A stretch of DNA of 57,930 nt, counting the filler, from Porpidia crustulata (Eukaryota): the NCBI GenBank assembly GCA_964255105.1. It is 7 parts of 7 records of this genome, joined end to end, with 100 filler letters (N's around TTAATTAATTAA, not from the genome) between each part and the next. Parts side by side here need not be neighbours in the genome. Positions count along the whole stretch, not along the records: positions 1 to 8,205 come from CAXUWE010001151.1; positions 8,306 to 16,509 come from CAXUWE010001152.1; 5 more parts are not named here. One strand, 5' to 3'. Shown in pieces: positions 1 through 12,069 of this stretch (position 1 is its first letter; the number at the start of each line of letters is the position of its first letter). The notes below the pieces were generated by a model. It did not search any database. It saw nothing but the letters and a program-made list of their open reading frames with translations, and was not told the DNA's origin. Made by a program: the position numbers and the translations under genes.

Positions 1-336
1 AGGGTGGTGTACGGGTAGGGTAGGGTGGTGTATCGTTATTGTGACCCTTTATTATACATAGCGAGATTTATTGTGCATGGGCCGAGACTACTCTATGACA
101 CCTACCCATTAGATCCAAGATTCTTACTCAAACCCGATCCAATTGTCACACTAAATATTGTTAAGATCAGCACCAGTATTTTACTTTTGTCAGAGCAAAT
201 AGAAAAAGTTCCTTTGAAAACGTGATGAATCAAGAGTGAGACACACTTCTTCGTCTCTCTTGCTCTCCCAAGTGTTTTTGCTACGTCAACTCACTCACCA
301 TGAACAAGCAAAGAGCCCACCTCTGCCACAGCCCAT

Positions 337-1047
337 ATGGTAATCTCCCTCAAAATCTCCTCGCCGACAATCTCCCTATCAAATAATTCCAGCCTCCCAC
401 CGTTCCAGCTCATCACAACGGCGCGCATCATTTCGTCCGCCCAACCCGCCTCCGCTATCACCCTCTGTACTGACCGCTCCGTCCTGGACAACGGGAATCA
501 CGAGCAACATGACGGTCTCTTCCGTGGTGCATTTCTCCCGCTGCAAAGCACCACGGACCCTAAGCGCACTATTCCCCTTGCCTTTCTTGGCTGGCCCAAC
601 TACGGCTCCAAACCCGACGCCAATCCCAATCTCCTCGAGAGACCCTGGACGCGTTTTGAGACCGTGCCGCCAATGGGACAGGGCGCTCTGGTCATCACGC
701 ACGATTTGCCGCTGGAGCGGTTGTTCCGCAACTCGCACTCGTTACGCGCTGTGGATATCCGACCAGGCGAGAGATTTCGTTTCCGAATGAATCCCAAGCA
801 GCTCTTCTGGGCGGGGTGGTGGACCTTTGGCGGGCTGGGTGATGATGGGGATCTAAGGGGCAAGAGATTTGCGGAATGGGAGTGCCCCGACGAGGACGGG
901 GACATTAGTAATTTGAACTTGAGCGAGCAAATGCCGGATGTAGATCAAATGGAGAAGGAAGGGTGGTTGTTGAGTCGGCGGTTTGATGAATTGAAGTGTA
1001 CTGAAGACACCGAAATGGGCGATGTTGTCGTTGAGTTTACAAAATAG
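337..1047 (+). CDS. Hypothetical fungal protein, single exon, 236 aa
   Basis: Uninterrupted ATG..TAG ORF with globular-protein composition; no family recognised. Confidence 0.75.
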   Translation: MVISLKISSPTISLSNNSSLPPFQLITTARIISSAQPASAITLCTDRSVLDNGNHEQHDGLFRGAFLPLQSTTDPKRTIPLAFLGWPNYGSKPDANPNLLERPWTRFETVPPMGQGALVITHDLPLERLFRNSHSLRAVDIRPGERFRFRMNPKQLFWAGWWTFGGLGDDGDLRGKRFAEWECPDEDGDISNLNLSEQMPDVDQMEKEGWLLSRRFDELKCTEDTEMGDVVVEFTK

Positions 1048-2127
1048 TACATGTCGTTGGACTGAGTCAAGTTCCATGGTATGTCGAAAATGAAACCCAG
1101 GATTTCTGTAGCCTCCCGGCGAGGGCACTTAAAGAGATTAGATATCAGACATGTCGTAGCTAGTCACGAAAGCCCAGCCCGCAAGAGCGACGGATGCACC
1201 AAAGACGTGGACGAGAGTGAGCAAATCGTAGATAAGCCAAGAAAGCACGGTTGATGGATGCGTATACTCATTTCGAGCTTTAGAGGTTGTAGGAAGAAAG
1301 AAAGAGAGTGAAATGCGTCAAGGCGGATCAAATCAAGAGCGGATGGATTGGATAACATGAAGCTAGCCTTTCATAGGCTTCAGAACAAAGGTGCCAGGTC
1401 TACTTTATTTGTTACTTCGTGTCACATGTCTCCAATGATCTTTATATGTAGATGTCATTACTGATATCGCATCTTCAGAAACCTGCAACGTAATCGAGGC
1501 ATAGAGCACGATCCTTGTACCTCGTAATCGGATAATATACCAAACACAGTATACCTCTCGCTGAACTTATCGTATCCCCCCCCTCAACAATTTTCGCCAT
1601 CCTCATCATTGAAAGTAACACCATCCCACAAGCAATATAATTGCTGTGACCGCTCCGCTGCGCCCTGTCCCATACAGCCTAGATTTATATCTCACTAATC
1701 AGAGAGTTGGATTGGTCCCATGACTGGGGTGGGACAAGAAGATAGCTGTATCAGCTTCTCAAGAGACATTTGGAAGGACGAGAAACTTGAGATTGGTAGT
1801 ACAGAAATAGAAGAAGCGAAAAGTTGTAGAAGAGCTCGTGGAAATACGATAATCAATAACAAATCAGTCTGGCGAGAATCTGATTCGCACCAGTATGTTC
1901 GATCAATTGTTTTAAAGATAAGGATCGATGAATTGATAATTTGTGACGTCATGGGAAGACTATGAATGCAGTAATGAACTGTATGAACTTGTATTTCATT
2001 AAAGTCCGTGACTCATAGCTAGAACTGACAGGCATTCGCTCCGTTTTTTCACAGATCTGAGAATGTATGTCTCCACATCGACGAAAAAACCCATAATGAA
2101 GACATAAGAGATGCGAAGAATTTAGAA

Positions 2128-2577
2128 TCACACGTCCCCGCGCCCTGCCTTAGCATCCACATTCTTCATCGCCTCCTTCAACTTGGGCCAAAAATCCCTC
2201 AACATGCCCACGTCGACATACTCCTTCTGCCAGACAATCTTGTCCCCCGCCTCGTCAAATTCGAGCGTCCAGATGTACTCATTCACGTACTCGCCGACCA
2301 GCGTATCGGCCCTCGCCTTCAGCCACATGACGATCTTGCGTGCAGAGACATCCTCGACCAGTTCGTGACAGGTGAGCTCGAAGTTCTGATAGACTTTGGC
2401 GACGGAGTAGAGGTGTTTGCTGTAGGCGTCGTTGTTGGTGTTGGGGATTTTCATGGAGGCTGGAAGGATTTGGCGCATGCAGTCCGAGGAGCGCAAGGCG
2501 AGGATGGCGGGGATGTCCATGGCGTTAAAGGCGGTGACAAGGGCGTCGGCATTCTGGCGTTGACGGGTCGACGACAT
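2128..2577 (-). CDS. NTF2/SnoaL-like protein (AusH/AusJ/Trt14-like tailoring enzyme family), 149 aa
   Basis: ATG at 2577 (MSSTRQRQNADALVTAFNAMDIPAILALRSSDCMRQILPAS...ELVEDVSARKIVMWLKARADTLVGEYVNEYIWTLEFDEAGDKIVWQKEYVD). The YxNEY and KI..xEYVD motifs are typical of this NTF2-like family. Confidence 0.8.
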   Translation of the reverse strand: MSSTRQRQNADALVTAFNAMDIPAILALRSSDCMRQILPASMKIPNTNNDAYSKHLYSVAKVYQNFELTCHELVEDVSARKIVMWLKARADTLVGEYVNEYIWTLEFDEAGDKIVWQKEYVDVGMLRDFWPKLKEAMKNVDAKAGRGDV

Positions 2578-3845
2578 GGTTTTGATCCTTTGAGCACGGG
2601 CACGTGATTGTTGTAGAGATAAAGTTGGATCTGAACGGCTGTAAGTTTTCAACGATGCTGCATTCCGTCCATTTGAGGAACGAGAGGCTTTTATGTCAAG
2701 GCGTCGAAGGGTTTTGCCATGCTCAAGCCACGATATTGAAGTCTGGACTTTTCATGCAACACAAGCATCAGCCGCTCGTGCATTGGAACATGGTGTTGGA
2801 GCAATTTCAAGCGATGGAACCATCTTTCTCTGCTGTCGGAATTTCTCGATTACATTTCCTCACAAATTCGTGAAGAGCCATATGTCGCTTGTCTTGGCTG
2901 AGGTTCAAATAGCATTGGACGGCAATGGGATGCCTTATCAACCTTAGATAGTAGATAGTAGACTTAGAAGCGCCATCCTCCATCTGGGTGCGCAATGGTG
3001 AGGCTCAATCGTCGGCTAATCCAGCCCCGCCTTCTTTTTTCTTCCAGAACAATCTTCTTCCCACTACTCCATTTTCCATGTGGAAGATCTAAGATATCGC
3101 CATCAAGAATAACCGGGCTGAAAATAGTTCGTAAGTCCTGGGCAGTCTACCTTTGTAAATCCCAATCTTACGCAGTCACAGCATTGCAAAACTCCAGTCG
3201 ATTATTATCCAGACCGGCGTTCATGTCACGCTAAGCAGGGAGAATTCTTTGGGTCGCGTATCACCGGCCGTTCTGGGCTATTAGTCCGCCGTAGTCCCGC
3301 CGTAAAAAGCACGATAGACTCGATAGTGACATCTTGTCACCTCCTTAAGCTTAGTTATTCCATCAAGTGTCACTGCTATTGCGACTGCTGATCACGCACC
3401 CACCACCTCTCCTCCCCTGGGCCATTGCAGTCCGCCCCCTCCACACTTTGACTATTCACTACACACCCCCCTCCCTTCATCGTCCCGAGGTCCAGAGCAA
3501 TGACAGACGATGATTGGCTCAGGTGGACATGGTGCGGGTTTAGGTTATCTTGAGCAGGGATGGAGGGGATTCACTCTCGGAGTTTCCTTATCATCGAGCC
3601 ATTTAATCCGTGTCTATCCAGCAGTAGTAATAGGCTAGAGTAGTCGAGAGTAATGTCAGTATGAGACGCACGGGACAAAAATCGCCGTCTGAAGTGAATT
3701 CGGTTGTCTCATAATTCGCCAACCTTGTAGCTCTTTAAAGCTCATCAGTTCCCGCTCCCTCTTTATTTCATTTATCATCTTCGTTGCTCTCACTCACCCA
3801 TATTCTTTGCGTTGTATCGCTCAACGCCGTGTGTAATCAATCAAG

Positions 3846-5795
3846 ATGGAGGACATCAAGGAGAAGATGCCCGCCGACAACGTCGAATATCGGTCGCATG
3901 GCTCTGATGATGTTGAGGCGCAACCCGCCAGCGGTGGCCTCACACGAGCGCTCCAGGGTCGCCATATGCAGATGATTGCCATCGGTATGGACTTATCGAA
4001 GATGTCGCGAATATGCGACAGGATCACTGTACTGACTGCTGATGTACAGGTGGTTCCATCGGTGCTGGTCTCTTTGTGGGGTCGGGAAGCGCATTTCAAG
4101 CCGGTGGACCGGCCAGTGTGGTACGTTTGACCCAAGGAGACTATCACGCCTGGACTTGGCCGTCCATCCACTAACTCGGATTTTAGTTGCTCGGGTTCAT
4201 GATTGTGGGAACCATGTTGCTTTTCACCGTCCAGGCTCTCGGAGAACTAGCCGTTCTTTATCCCGTGAACGGTGCCTTTTACCAATATGCTGTTCGATTT
4301 CTTGACCCTGCATGGTTAGTTCTTCATTAATCACATTCCACCTACGACGTATTAGAAGATTCTGGTCTGACAATGACTGCGCAGGGGTTTTGCGATGGGT
4401 TGGGATTACGCGCTGTCGTGGCTTGTGGTCCTGCCCTTCGAGTTGACGGCTGCCGGGATTACTATTGAGTTCTGGCGTCAAGATCTCAATGTTGGTATCT
4501 GGATTACAATCTTCTTGGTATTCTTGGTCGGAATCCAATTCTTTGGAGTTCGTGGCTACGGTGAAGGTAAGTTGTGGTGCTGCGTTTCCGCGTTTCACAG
4601 GGTTCGATAACAATGGCCAGACTAACGTAGCCTCTAGTTGAATTCGTTCTCGGCGTCATCAAAGTCACGGCCATCATTGGCTTCATCATCATGGGTATTA
4701 TCATCGACTGTGGTGGTGTCAAGACCGACTCCCGGGGATATATTGGGGCTCACTACTGGTATGAACCGGGTGCGTTCCGTCATGGGTTCAAGGGCTTCTG
4801 CTCCGTCTTTGTGACTGCGGCATTTGCGTTCGGAGGTACAGAGCTTGTTGGTCTTGCTGCTGCCGAGGCCGCCGACCCGCGCAAATCGCTGCCTAAAGCC
4901 ACCAAACAGGTCTTCTGGCGTATCACTTTCTTCTACGTCATCAGTCTGTTCATCGTCGGATTGATCGTCCCCTCCGACTCTGATCAGCTCCTCGGCTCTT
5001 CCGGAGCAGACACCAAGGCCTCGCCGTTCGTGCTGGCAATTAAGTTGGCCGGTATCAAAGGTCTTCCCTCCGTTTTCAATGCGGTCATTACCATCTCCGT
5101 TATCAGTGTCGCCAATTCCTGCACATTTGCGTCAACGCGTACTATGCAAGCTCTGGCAGCTTCTGGCATGGGACCAAAGTTCTTGGCAAAGATCGACAAA
5201 AAGGGACGTCCTGTCGCCTGCATCGTCATCCAGTTGCTATTCGGTCTACTTGCCTTCATCAACGAGGCCAAAGTGGGTTCCACCGTGTTTACCTGGCTTC
5301 TGTCGCTTTCCGGTCTCGCCTACTTCTTCGTCTGGGCCAGTATCTGTCTATCCCACATCCGCTTCCGACATGGCTGGAAAGTACAAGGCCATAGCTTGGA
5401 CGAGCTGCCATACCGGGCCAGTTTCGGTGTTGTGGGTAGCTACATTGGCTTCGGTCTCAACATGCTAGCGCTCATCGCCACTTTCTACACCTCGTTATTC
5501 GTGAGTTCTGCCTTACTCCTATAACCCTTGAAAATAATCTAACCCGTGTCCTTAACAGCCTATTGGATCTCCACCCAACGCCATGGCATTCTTCGAAAAC
5601 TACCTCGCCGCACCCATCGTATTTGCCCTTTACGTATTTTGGAAGATCAAGACCAGAGGCGCCGGTGGTTTCTACATTCGAGGACACCAGATGGATCTGA
5701 TGACGGGAATGCGGGCTTTCGACCTCGACCCAATGCCAGTGGCGAAGAAGTCTCTCAAGAACTTACCCATGCGAACATTACAAGGTTTGTTTTGA
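3846..5795 (+). CDS. Amino-acid permease (APC superfamily, Gap1-like yeast amino acid transporter family), multi-exon
   Basis: LTRALQGRHMQMIAI|GGSIGAGLFVGSG, FAFGGTELVGLAAAEAADPRKSLPKATKQVFWRI, ASPFVLA. GT-AG introns at 3985-4049, 4121-4186, 4315-4384, about 4568-4638 and about 5501-5558 keep the frame. Confidence 0.93.
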
Positions 5796-8205
5796 GTAAT
5801 TGGATTCCCTGTTGAGGCTTCACCCTGCAGTATTGTTAGGCGAACACGAATACATGTAACCGCAATAGTTAGCTAGACAATTCTCAGCTAGCATTTTCGG
5901 TTAGGGCACATTCGTGAGATACAAAATTCCCGATTGAGACATCTGCAATATCAGCATTCCCTTGACACTCAGATACATATCGCTGTCCCTTCCTATCATT
6001 AATTTGTGCGCTTTACCTTGAATGAAAGGGAAACCCAAGCCGACCCCAACCTCGCTTTTAGTCCATCAGTTTGTTTCGCCTTTTCTAGATGCCACTCGCA
6101 TAACAATCCGGTACTTCAGCCTCACTCTCTTTGCTCCCTTATATAGACAGCAACATCTACACTAAAGAAAAACCTTGAACTACTTCAGCGGACGTAATAC
6201 AGCTTTGCCAGAAATAAAGTCATTACTAGATCCTTCAGAAATTGAAAATGTGGCACATCAGCCTCAGCCCTACGCTACGCTATTGATCCACCACGTCCCA
6301 GACCTTTACACTACGTCTCCAAAAGCACTCCAAGCACGCGACAAGTCTCACCATCACAGCTCCCGTCCATCCTATTCATAGCCCGCAACCCACGCCATCC
6401 CCCACAGTCACCGTCCCTAATTCTTCTTCCCTTTTTCGCATAAGGTCTCTACTCTCGGATCCCTCCCAAAATGGCAAGCTTTCCGCAATGCAGACCGTGC
6501 ATAGGGCTCTCTCTCTATACGCGACCCGAGCATAGGTATGGCTCCTAGCACCGAGACAATTTCTATACTGGGCATTCGAGCTCCGAGAAGCGCATAGACA
6601 GCGATAATGGTGTTTTAGAATGTTCTTTGGTGCTTCTGGAAGGTGGCACGCTGGAAGGTGTGCTAGTGGTCGGTCTTTCTGCTGTCTTATATTTGATAGA
6701 GTAGTGCCTTGGGGTATCCGAATGATGTTTTTAGGATGGGGATTGATCGGGTTTTTGAGTGTTAGTTGAGGTGATGCTAATTGTTTAGTGGGCGTGGGGC
6801 ATTTTGTTGTTTTCGAGATGTTTTTGTGTTGTTGGGAATAAGTTGAGAGAGTGTAGTAGGGAACTCGCCAATTGGAAGAAAACTAATATGATTGTACTGG
6901 GCATGATCAATTAATGATAGCTCTCGAGCTTGCTATTAGTATTTTCGCCATGAGTTTTCTCTGCATGATTTATCTCTTATCGTTACTTCGTCATGCCCAT
7001 ATTCCGTCTACGGCCCCTGCGCTTCTCGGATTTTCTGGCCTCGAGGCTTCGTCACACTTCAAAGCCTTTCATTTTCTGTTAACGTGACCAATCTCTTCAA
7101 TACATAATTTCACAAAACCTTCTTCAATTGTCGAGAATCGGTGTTTCCAATTAGCAAATTCAATTCCCTGAATAAATGCTGAATTCTTACCTCCAATTTT
7201 CATGATGAAAGAAGATGACAATTAGAGTTGACTTGTATGTCTCGAAACCATCTTCTAGTGCTCCATACGAGAGACTCTCCGCATTAGCTTCAAGCCATTA
7301 AACACATGCTCCTACTCCACAACATCCATCAATACCCAATCTCTCAGCGCATTTCAATCCGTACTTCTAAAAAACGGTCCTACAAATATTCCAAGACAAA
7401 CAGAACAAAGTTGTGGGATATACCTCAGTCCCATTCACTTTATCAGGATATCAAAGAAGCTTGAGGCATATGACCTACCTTCCATCTCCTCTATAAGAGC
7501 ATCAAAAATCCAAAGCGGCTTCCATGGCGAAAGGTTCATGCTCATAATAAGGACTAGGAGTCTGGTATACAATCTTTCCAGTTCCCATACCATTTCGCGC
7601 TGTGATAGAACTCTATTAGTACCCGACTGGAATGCAATGATAAGATGTAGACTTCATATGATACCACGTTGTGAACCATCATCATCCGCTTCGAAAAACC
7701 CCGCACAATCTCGTCCTACTAGATGTCCTCGGAACGCAATGAAAGAGAACAAATGAGATGGGAGAAAGCTAGTGGTAAAACATACAACCAACTGCAAACG
7801 CACAAACTGTTTCCATCCACCTCCTAAAACCCCCGCTAAACATCCGTAAACCATCTTATCTAAACAGCAGAAAACCACGAGACCTAAAACCTCCAGCCAC
7901 GAGCGCCTACAAGCACAGAGCCCTCCCACCCATGACATCATGCCATTATCCCAAATATCAAAAGCATATCAGACCAGCCGGGCCCAAGCTCACTACACAG
8001 CACCGATAACGCATCTGCAGCCCCTTCTCATCAAAGTTCGAATTCCCTAAGCCGATATAGAACAACCCAACAGATCAATCACGAGATTCCGATGCTTATA
8101 AACCACCACGACATTCAACTTCCCCACCCACCCAACCCCTCCACTCCACACTAGGAATAAAAAAAATTTGCCAAACCAAAAACTAGACCCCGCAAATATG
8201 TTTGT

Positions 8206-8305
8206 NNNNNNNNNNNNNNNNNNNNNNNNNNNNNNNNNNNNNNNNNNNNTTAATTAATTAANNNNNNNNNNNNNNNNNNNNNNNNNNNNNNNNNNNNNNN
8301 NNNNN
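8206..8305. other. Artificial contig linker (N44-TTAATTAATTAA-N44)
   Basis: 100-nt spacer containing a six-frame stop cassette. Confidence 0.98.
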
Positions 8306-8306
8306 C

Positions 8307-8801
8307 CCCTACCTCACTGCCGTCATCAAGGAAGCCCTGCGCCTCAGCTACGGCGTCTCGTCCCGCCTCCCGCGCATCTCACCCACCGCACCCATGGTGT
8401 TCAAAGATCCGGAAACGGGCAACCAGTGGATCATCCCCCCCAACATCGTCTGCAGTATGACCTCCACCCTCCTCCACCACGACGAATCCATCTTCCCCGA
8501 CAGCAAATCCTTCCTCCCCGACCGCTGGCTCCACGACCCTTCCTCGCTCGAAAAGTACATGGTCAGTTTCTCAAAGGGCAGCCGCCAGTGTCTTGGCATC
8601 AACTTGGCCTACGCGGAAATCTATATCGCGCTCGCGGGCATCTTTCGCCGGTGGGGTAGTGCAGGGTGCAGGGATCAGGGCGATGAGGGATGGTTGGAGT
8701 TGTGGGAGACGGAGAAGGGGGATGTGGAGATTGCGAGGGACGGGTTTGTGCCGTTGGCGAAGGATGGGAGTTTGGGGGTTAGGGTTAAGGTGAGGAGGTA
8801 A
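8307..8801 (+). CDS. Cytochrome P450, C-terminal part (CYP58/trichodiene-oxygenase-like clan); 5' end lost at the contig edge
   Basis: K-helix ExxR (IKEALRL), PERF-type PDRW, heme motif FSKGSRQCLG, C-terminal LELWET..DV..ARDGFVP. Confidence 0.93.
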   Translation, partial: PYLTAVIKEALRLSYGVSSRLPRISPTAPMVFKDPETGNQWIIPPNIVCSMTSTLLHHDESIFPDSKSFLPDRWLHDPSSLEKYMVSFSKGSRQCLGINLAYAEIYIALAGIFRRWGSAGCRDQGDEGWLELWETEKGDVEIARDGFVPLAKDGSLGVRVKVRR

Positions 8802-9119
8802 AGGGATGTGGGGGGTTGAGAGGGGTTTTGGGTTTAGAGATCCTATGTGTCATGATTGATTGTTTGGGCCAAGGATTTTTGGTCTGTTACTGCTTGAAGG
8901 AATTTACAGCGTTGATTTGGATGGGAGAATGGGATGAGTCTATGGGGAACTAGGGAACTCGTAAAGTCGTAAACGTTCATGGCGATCTAGGTCTATAAAC
9001 GGTTTACCTTAACTCCTCCAAAGTCCCATTGAAGGCTTCCTTGGAAAATCCAAAACTACCTCTAGGGCACACTCATCTCTAAGCCCTGAAAATTCTCCCA
9101 CTTGACTCCTTTTCGGCCT

Positions 9120-10214
9120 TCAAATCCACCTCTCTACTGCCCTCGAGAAAACAGTGTAATCTTTGAAGAGCGGCAAGAAGTACAAGCTCGTCAGCCACAA
9201 ACTCCAAAGCTTCCACGTCCTACGATCCGCCGTATTGTTCCGCAGAGCTAGGACCCGATACGCCACCGAAGCGCCTAGTATGCCCGACGGTACATAGCCA
9301 TAGATCCCCAAACTCCAAAACATAGGGCCCGCCGCGGACCACGTGAGCACGAGCAGCGCAATCACCCATCTAGCGGCCCAATGCCCCACCATGATAGGCA
9401 AAGTCACCCGGCCTCGCGTGCGATCGCCCTCTTGATCTTTCAGATCTTGCACGTGCATGGTGCTGAAGATGACGGCGGCGATGATCCCGAGCCACTGGTA
9501 GGCCGCCGGGTTCAGCGTAAATTCCTCGACGCCGCAGGCCACCCGCATGGCTCCGGAGCTATACAGCACGTACATGCCCGCGATGAGCAGGTTCCGCACT
9601 GCGACGTTGTTGTCGGAGCCCCCGAGGTCGTTGTACATCCAGGTGAAGGTGAACAGCAGGGCCGCTTCCTCGGCGGCACCCAGGTAGAGCCATGCCGCCA
9701 GAAAGGTGAGTGGGGTGGCGAGCAACAGGAGGGAGGTGGCTGAGCGTGTGGTTAGCCGGCCGGCGGCGAGCGGGCGCCAGGGCTTGTTGATGGAGTCTTC
9801 TTTGACGGATTCGGGGAGGCGCTGGTTCGCTAGGTCGAAGACGATGGTGTTCAGCAGGACCCAGAGGAAGGGTTGCGGGAGCCGGGAGAGGATGACGAGG
9901 AAATCTGGCGTCGCGTTACTCGTGAGGACGGGGCCGGAGAGGGCGCCGAAGATGCCGAAGGAGGTTTGCGGGAGGCAGAAGGTGTCGAGGTCGGAGTAGG
10001 TGAGGAGCCAGAGGGTGCGGAGGGCGTAGGCGGGGGTGTATGGGTTTTTGTTGGAGGACTGTGGGCGGTGAGCCTCATAGCTTGGGCATGAGCCTTGTGA
10101 TAACTGAGAATGTTTGGCGGATTGATGGTACCGTCTTACCTTGGCTTGCTGTTGCCCTCCTGGTACGTCCAACGGCGTCTTCCCTGTATCCTCAAATTCC
10201 ATATCCATGGCCAT
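9120..10214 (-). CDS. UbiA-superfamily integral-membrane terpene cyclase/prenyltransferase (Fma-TC-like), 364 aa, intronless
   Basis: Motifs DLANQRLPESVKEDSINKPWRPLAAGRL, WMYNDLGGSD and QDLKDQEGDRTRGRVTLP; several hydrophobic helices. Confidence 0.9.
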   Translation of the reverse strand: MAMDMEFEDTGKTPLDVPGGQQQAKVRRYHQSAKHSQLSQGSCPSYEAHRPQSSNKNPYTPAYALRTLWLLTYSDLDTFCLPQTSFGIFGALSGPVLTSNATPDFLVILSRLPQPFLWVLLNTIVFDLANQRLPESVKEDSINKPWRPLAAGRLTTRSATSLLLLATPLTFLAAWLYLGAAEEAALLFTFTWMYNDLGGSDNNVAVRNLLIAGMYVLYSSGAMRVACGVEEFTLNPAAYQWLGIIAAVIFSTMHVQDLKDQEGDRTRGRVTLPIMVGHWAARWVIALLVLTWSAAGPMFWSLGIYGYVPSGILGASVAYRVLALRNNTADRRTWKLWSLWLTSLYFLPLFKDYTVFSRAVERWI

Positions 10215-12069
10215 GGTACAACAATTTCACGCTGTGACTTGGACGGCAAGAACCCGCGAATGTAGTGACCGAGACAACGGCCGTTGGCTGGAGGAGTAGC
10301 AGTACGCTGCGAGATCTGTAATGTGGCTGATAGGACTCTTGATAAGCCGTTGATGTAGTATGGAAGTCCTCCATGCTAAGCTTTGGGCATGTGAATACAT
10401 GGTATATTCATTGGCCCACGCCCCTCCTTCCTCTTCTGCTGATAGGCTCGATGGATGGCGGCGGATATCGGATACTGTGACTGAGAGACATGGACGCTGT
10501 GAATCTTCTCTAGTAATCGCAGGAGTTTCCATGATCAGTTAGTGATGCCCATCTCAAACCCACCATGCAGCATTAACTTTGTCGGTGTAGGAGATGCGGC
10601 GCTAGATGATCTGGTAGTAGCTTGTCCCGGCTTTCTTCCTACTTTCCCATGGGTATTGAACGAATTAGTCTGTGCGATAAGATCAGATGCTGAAGCTTGA
10701 ATGTAAATCAGAGCCGGCGGTGAATGGGAAGGGTAGTATTGATGAGGAGGAGTGAGGTTGAAAGACTTGAATGTAATGTTAGACGGAGGTGATCGGGACG
10801 GGATGGCCCGATAGTGGGGGATATCTAGATAGATAAGCACCCGGTTGAAAGCTAGAATGACACGCCCGCGCCCCGAGCGCTCCCCCGGGATCCCCGCTGA
10901 TTTAGGTGGTCTAGCCACCTAAAACTGCTTGAAGTGTTGTAGCACAACCTGCTTTACCGGGGCTTCTGGGGTGGTCTCTAGGGATGGTTATATCGTTTTT
11001 TCATTCAAGCGCGTGATAAGGTAGACACCTATCGTTGGGACCTCTGGAAGTCAGTATCTTTATTTATTGAGATGCCTTTATACATTTATCCTGCTCTGCA
11101 CGAATAAATGTAGCTGTATATTTTTTCTACAACTTCGTAAGTTGCGTGCTTGTTTCAACAGCGCAAAAAAGAAGAAAGGTGAACAGCGCTCGAAAGAGGG
11201 TCCCAGGCCCAGACTCCACAAGCACTTCGTCTCGATGTTAGTCTTATCTGTTCGCAAAGCAGTTCAGTCCCTATGTTTGAGAGCATCTGGAAAAGGCACA
11301 GTAGTACACGGTGAATGGCTTTTGATTTCCTTGGCCGCCTTCCCGCCTATTCCCCGCTTACCTCCCTGGCTACCTTCCTGACTCTTCCTAGTCAATATCC
11401 CATCCTTTGCAAAAGCCCCATCCCGGGCCTTTCTGTGCAGCTACCCCTACACTGGTTGATAACCCTAGATTACACCTGCTTCTGCTCTTATAAAATACCA
11501 TGAAGGGCAACATCTTTGGCCTGTCCCAATGATAGTGCTGTTTTGGCGATTGGTATGGCCATGCTAGAGGTGCTGAGAACTGAATTTGGGGAAGATCTTT
11601 AAGCAGTAAGAGCGTGTTGATGTGTTGATGTGGGGATGCGCATGGTGCGCAAAGAAATTCATTACTTACGGCTCTGTCTCTGAGAACTCAATCATTTGAC
11701 TGTATATGACGAGGGTAATATTGTGTTTGTTAGATACACGAGGAGACAGTCTAGGAAGACTGTAGCTTCTAAGAAAGTACTAACTTCATGATACAAAATT
11801 GTATTTATAAATCAAAGTTTGATGATTCTTGCAAATTCTTCAAGAAGTTCGAAAACCCCTGCTATCTAATACTGATATAGGAAACCAATGTTAATGGTTG
11901 TGCCATTAATAGTGTTTTGTACACAAACGGCAATTTTCCCGCCCCATATGTTGCAAAGCCCATCTTCATAACCTCCATTTCTTTACAGCCTTCATTATGT
12001 CCTCTAACTCCAGACGTTTGTACAGATATAACCGTGATTGATAGCATGCCACTATCACCTTGCTACCCC

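Noticed and set aside
8198..8205. ATG just before the first gap as the missing P450 start
   Set aside because: It lies on a different contig; the adjacency is artificial.
6175..8205. Short ORFs and gene-like composition in the right part of contig 1
   Set aside because: No recognisable protein motifs in any frame; may be decayed sequence but cannot be supported.
8250..8261. TTAATTAATTAA recurring about every 8.3 kb as a biological periodic repeat or CRISPR-like array
   Set aside because: It is embedded in Ns and is a six-frame stop linker added during concatenation.
11820..11876. TGATGA...CTGA as a box C/D snoRNA (similar pattern at about 44491-44536)
   Set aside because: Too short, no terminal stem and no recognisable rRNA guide.
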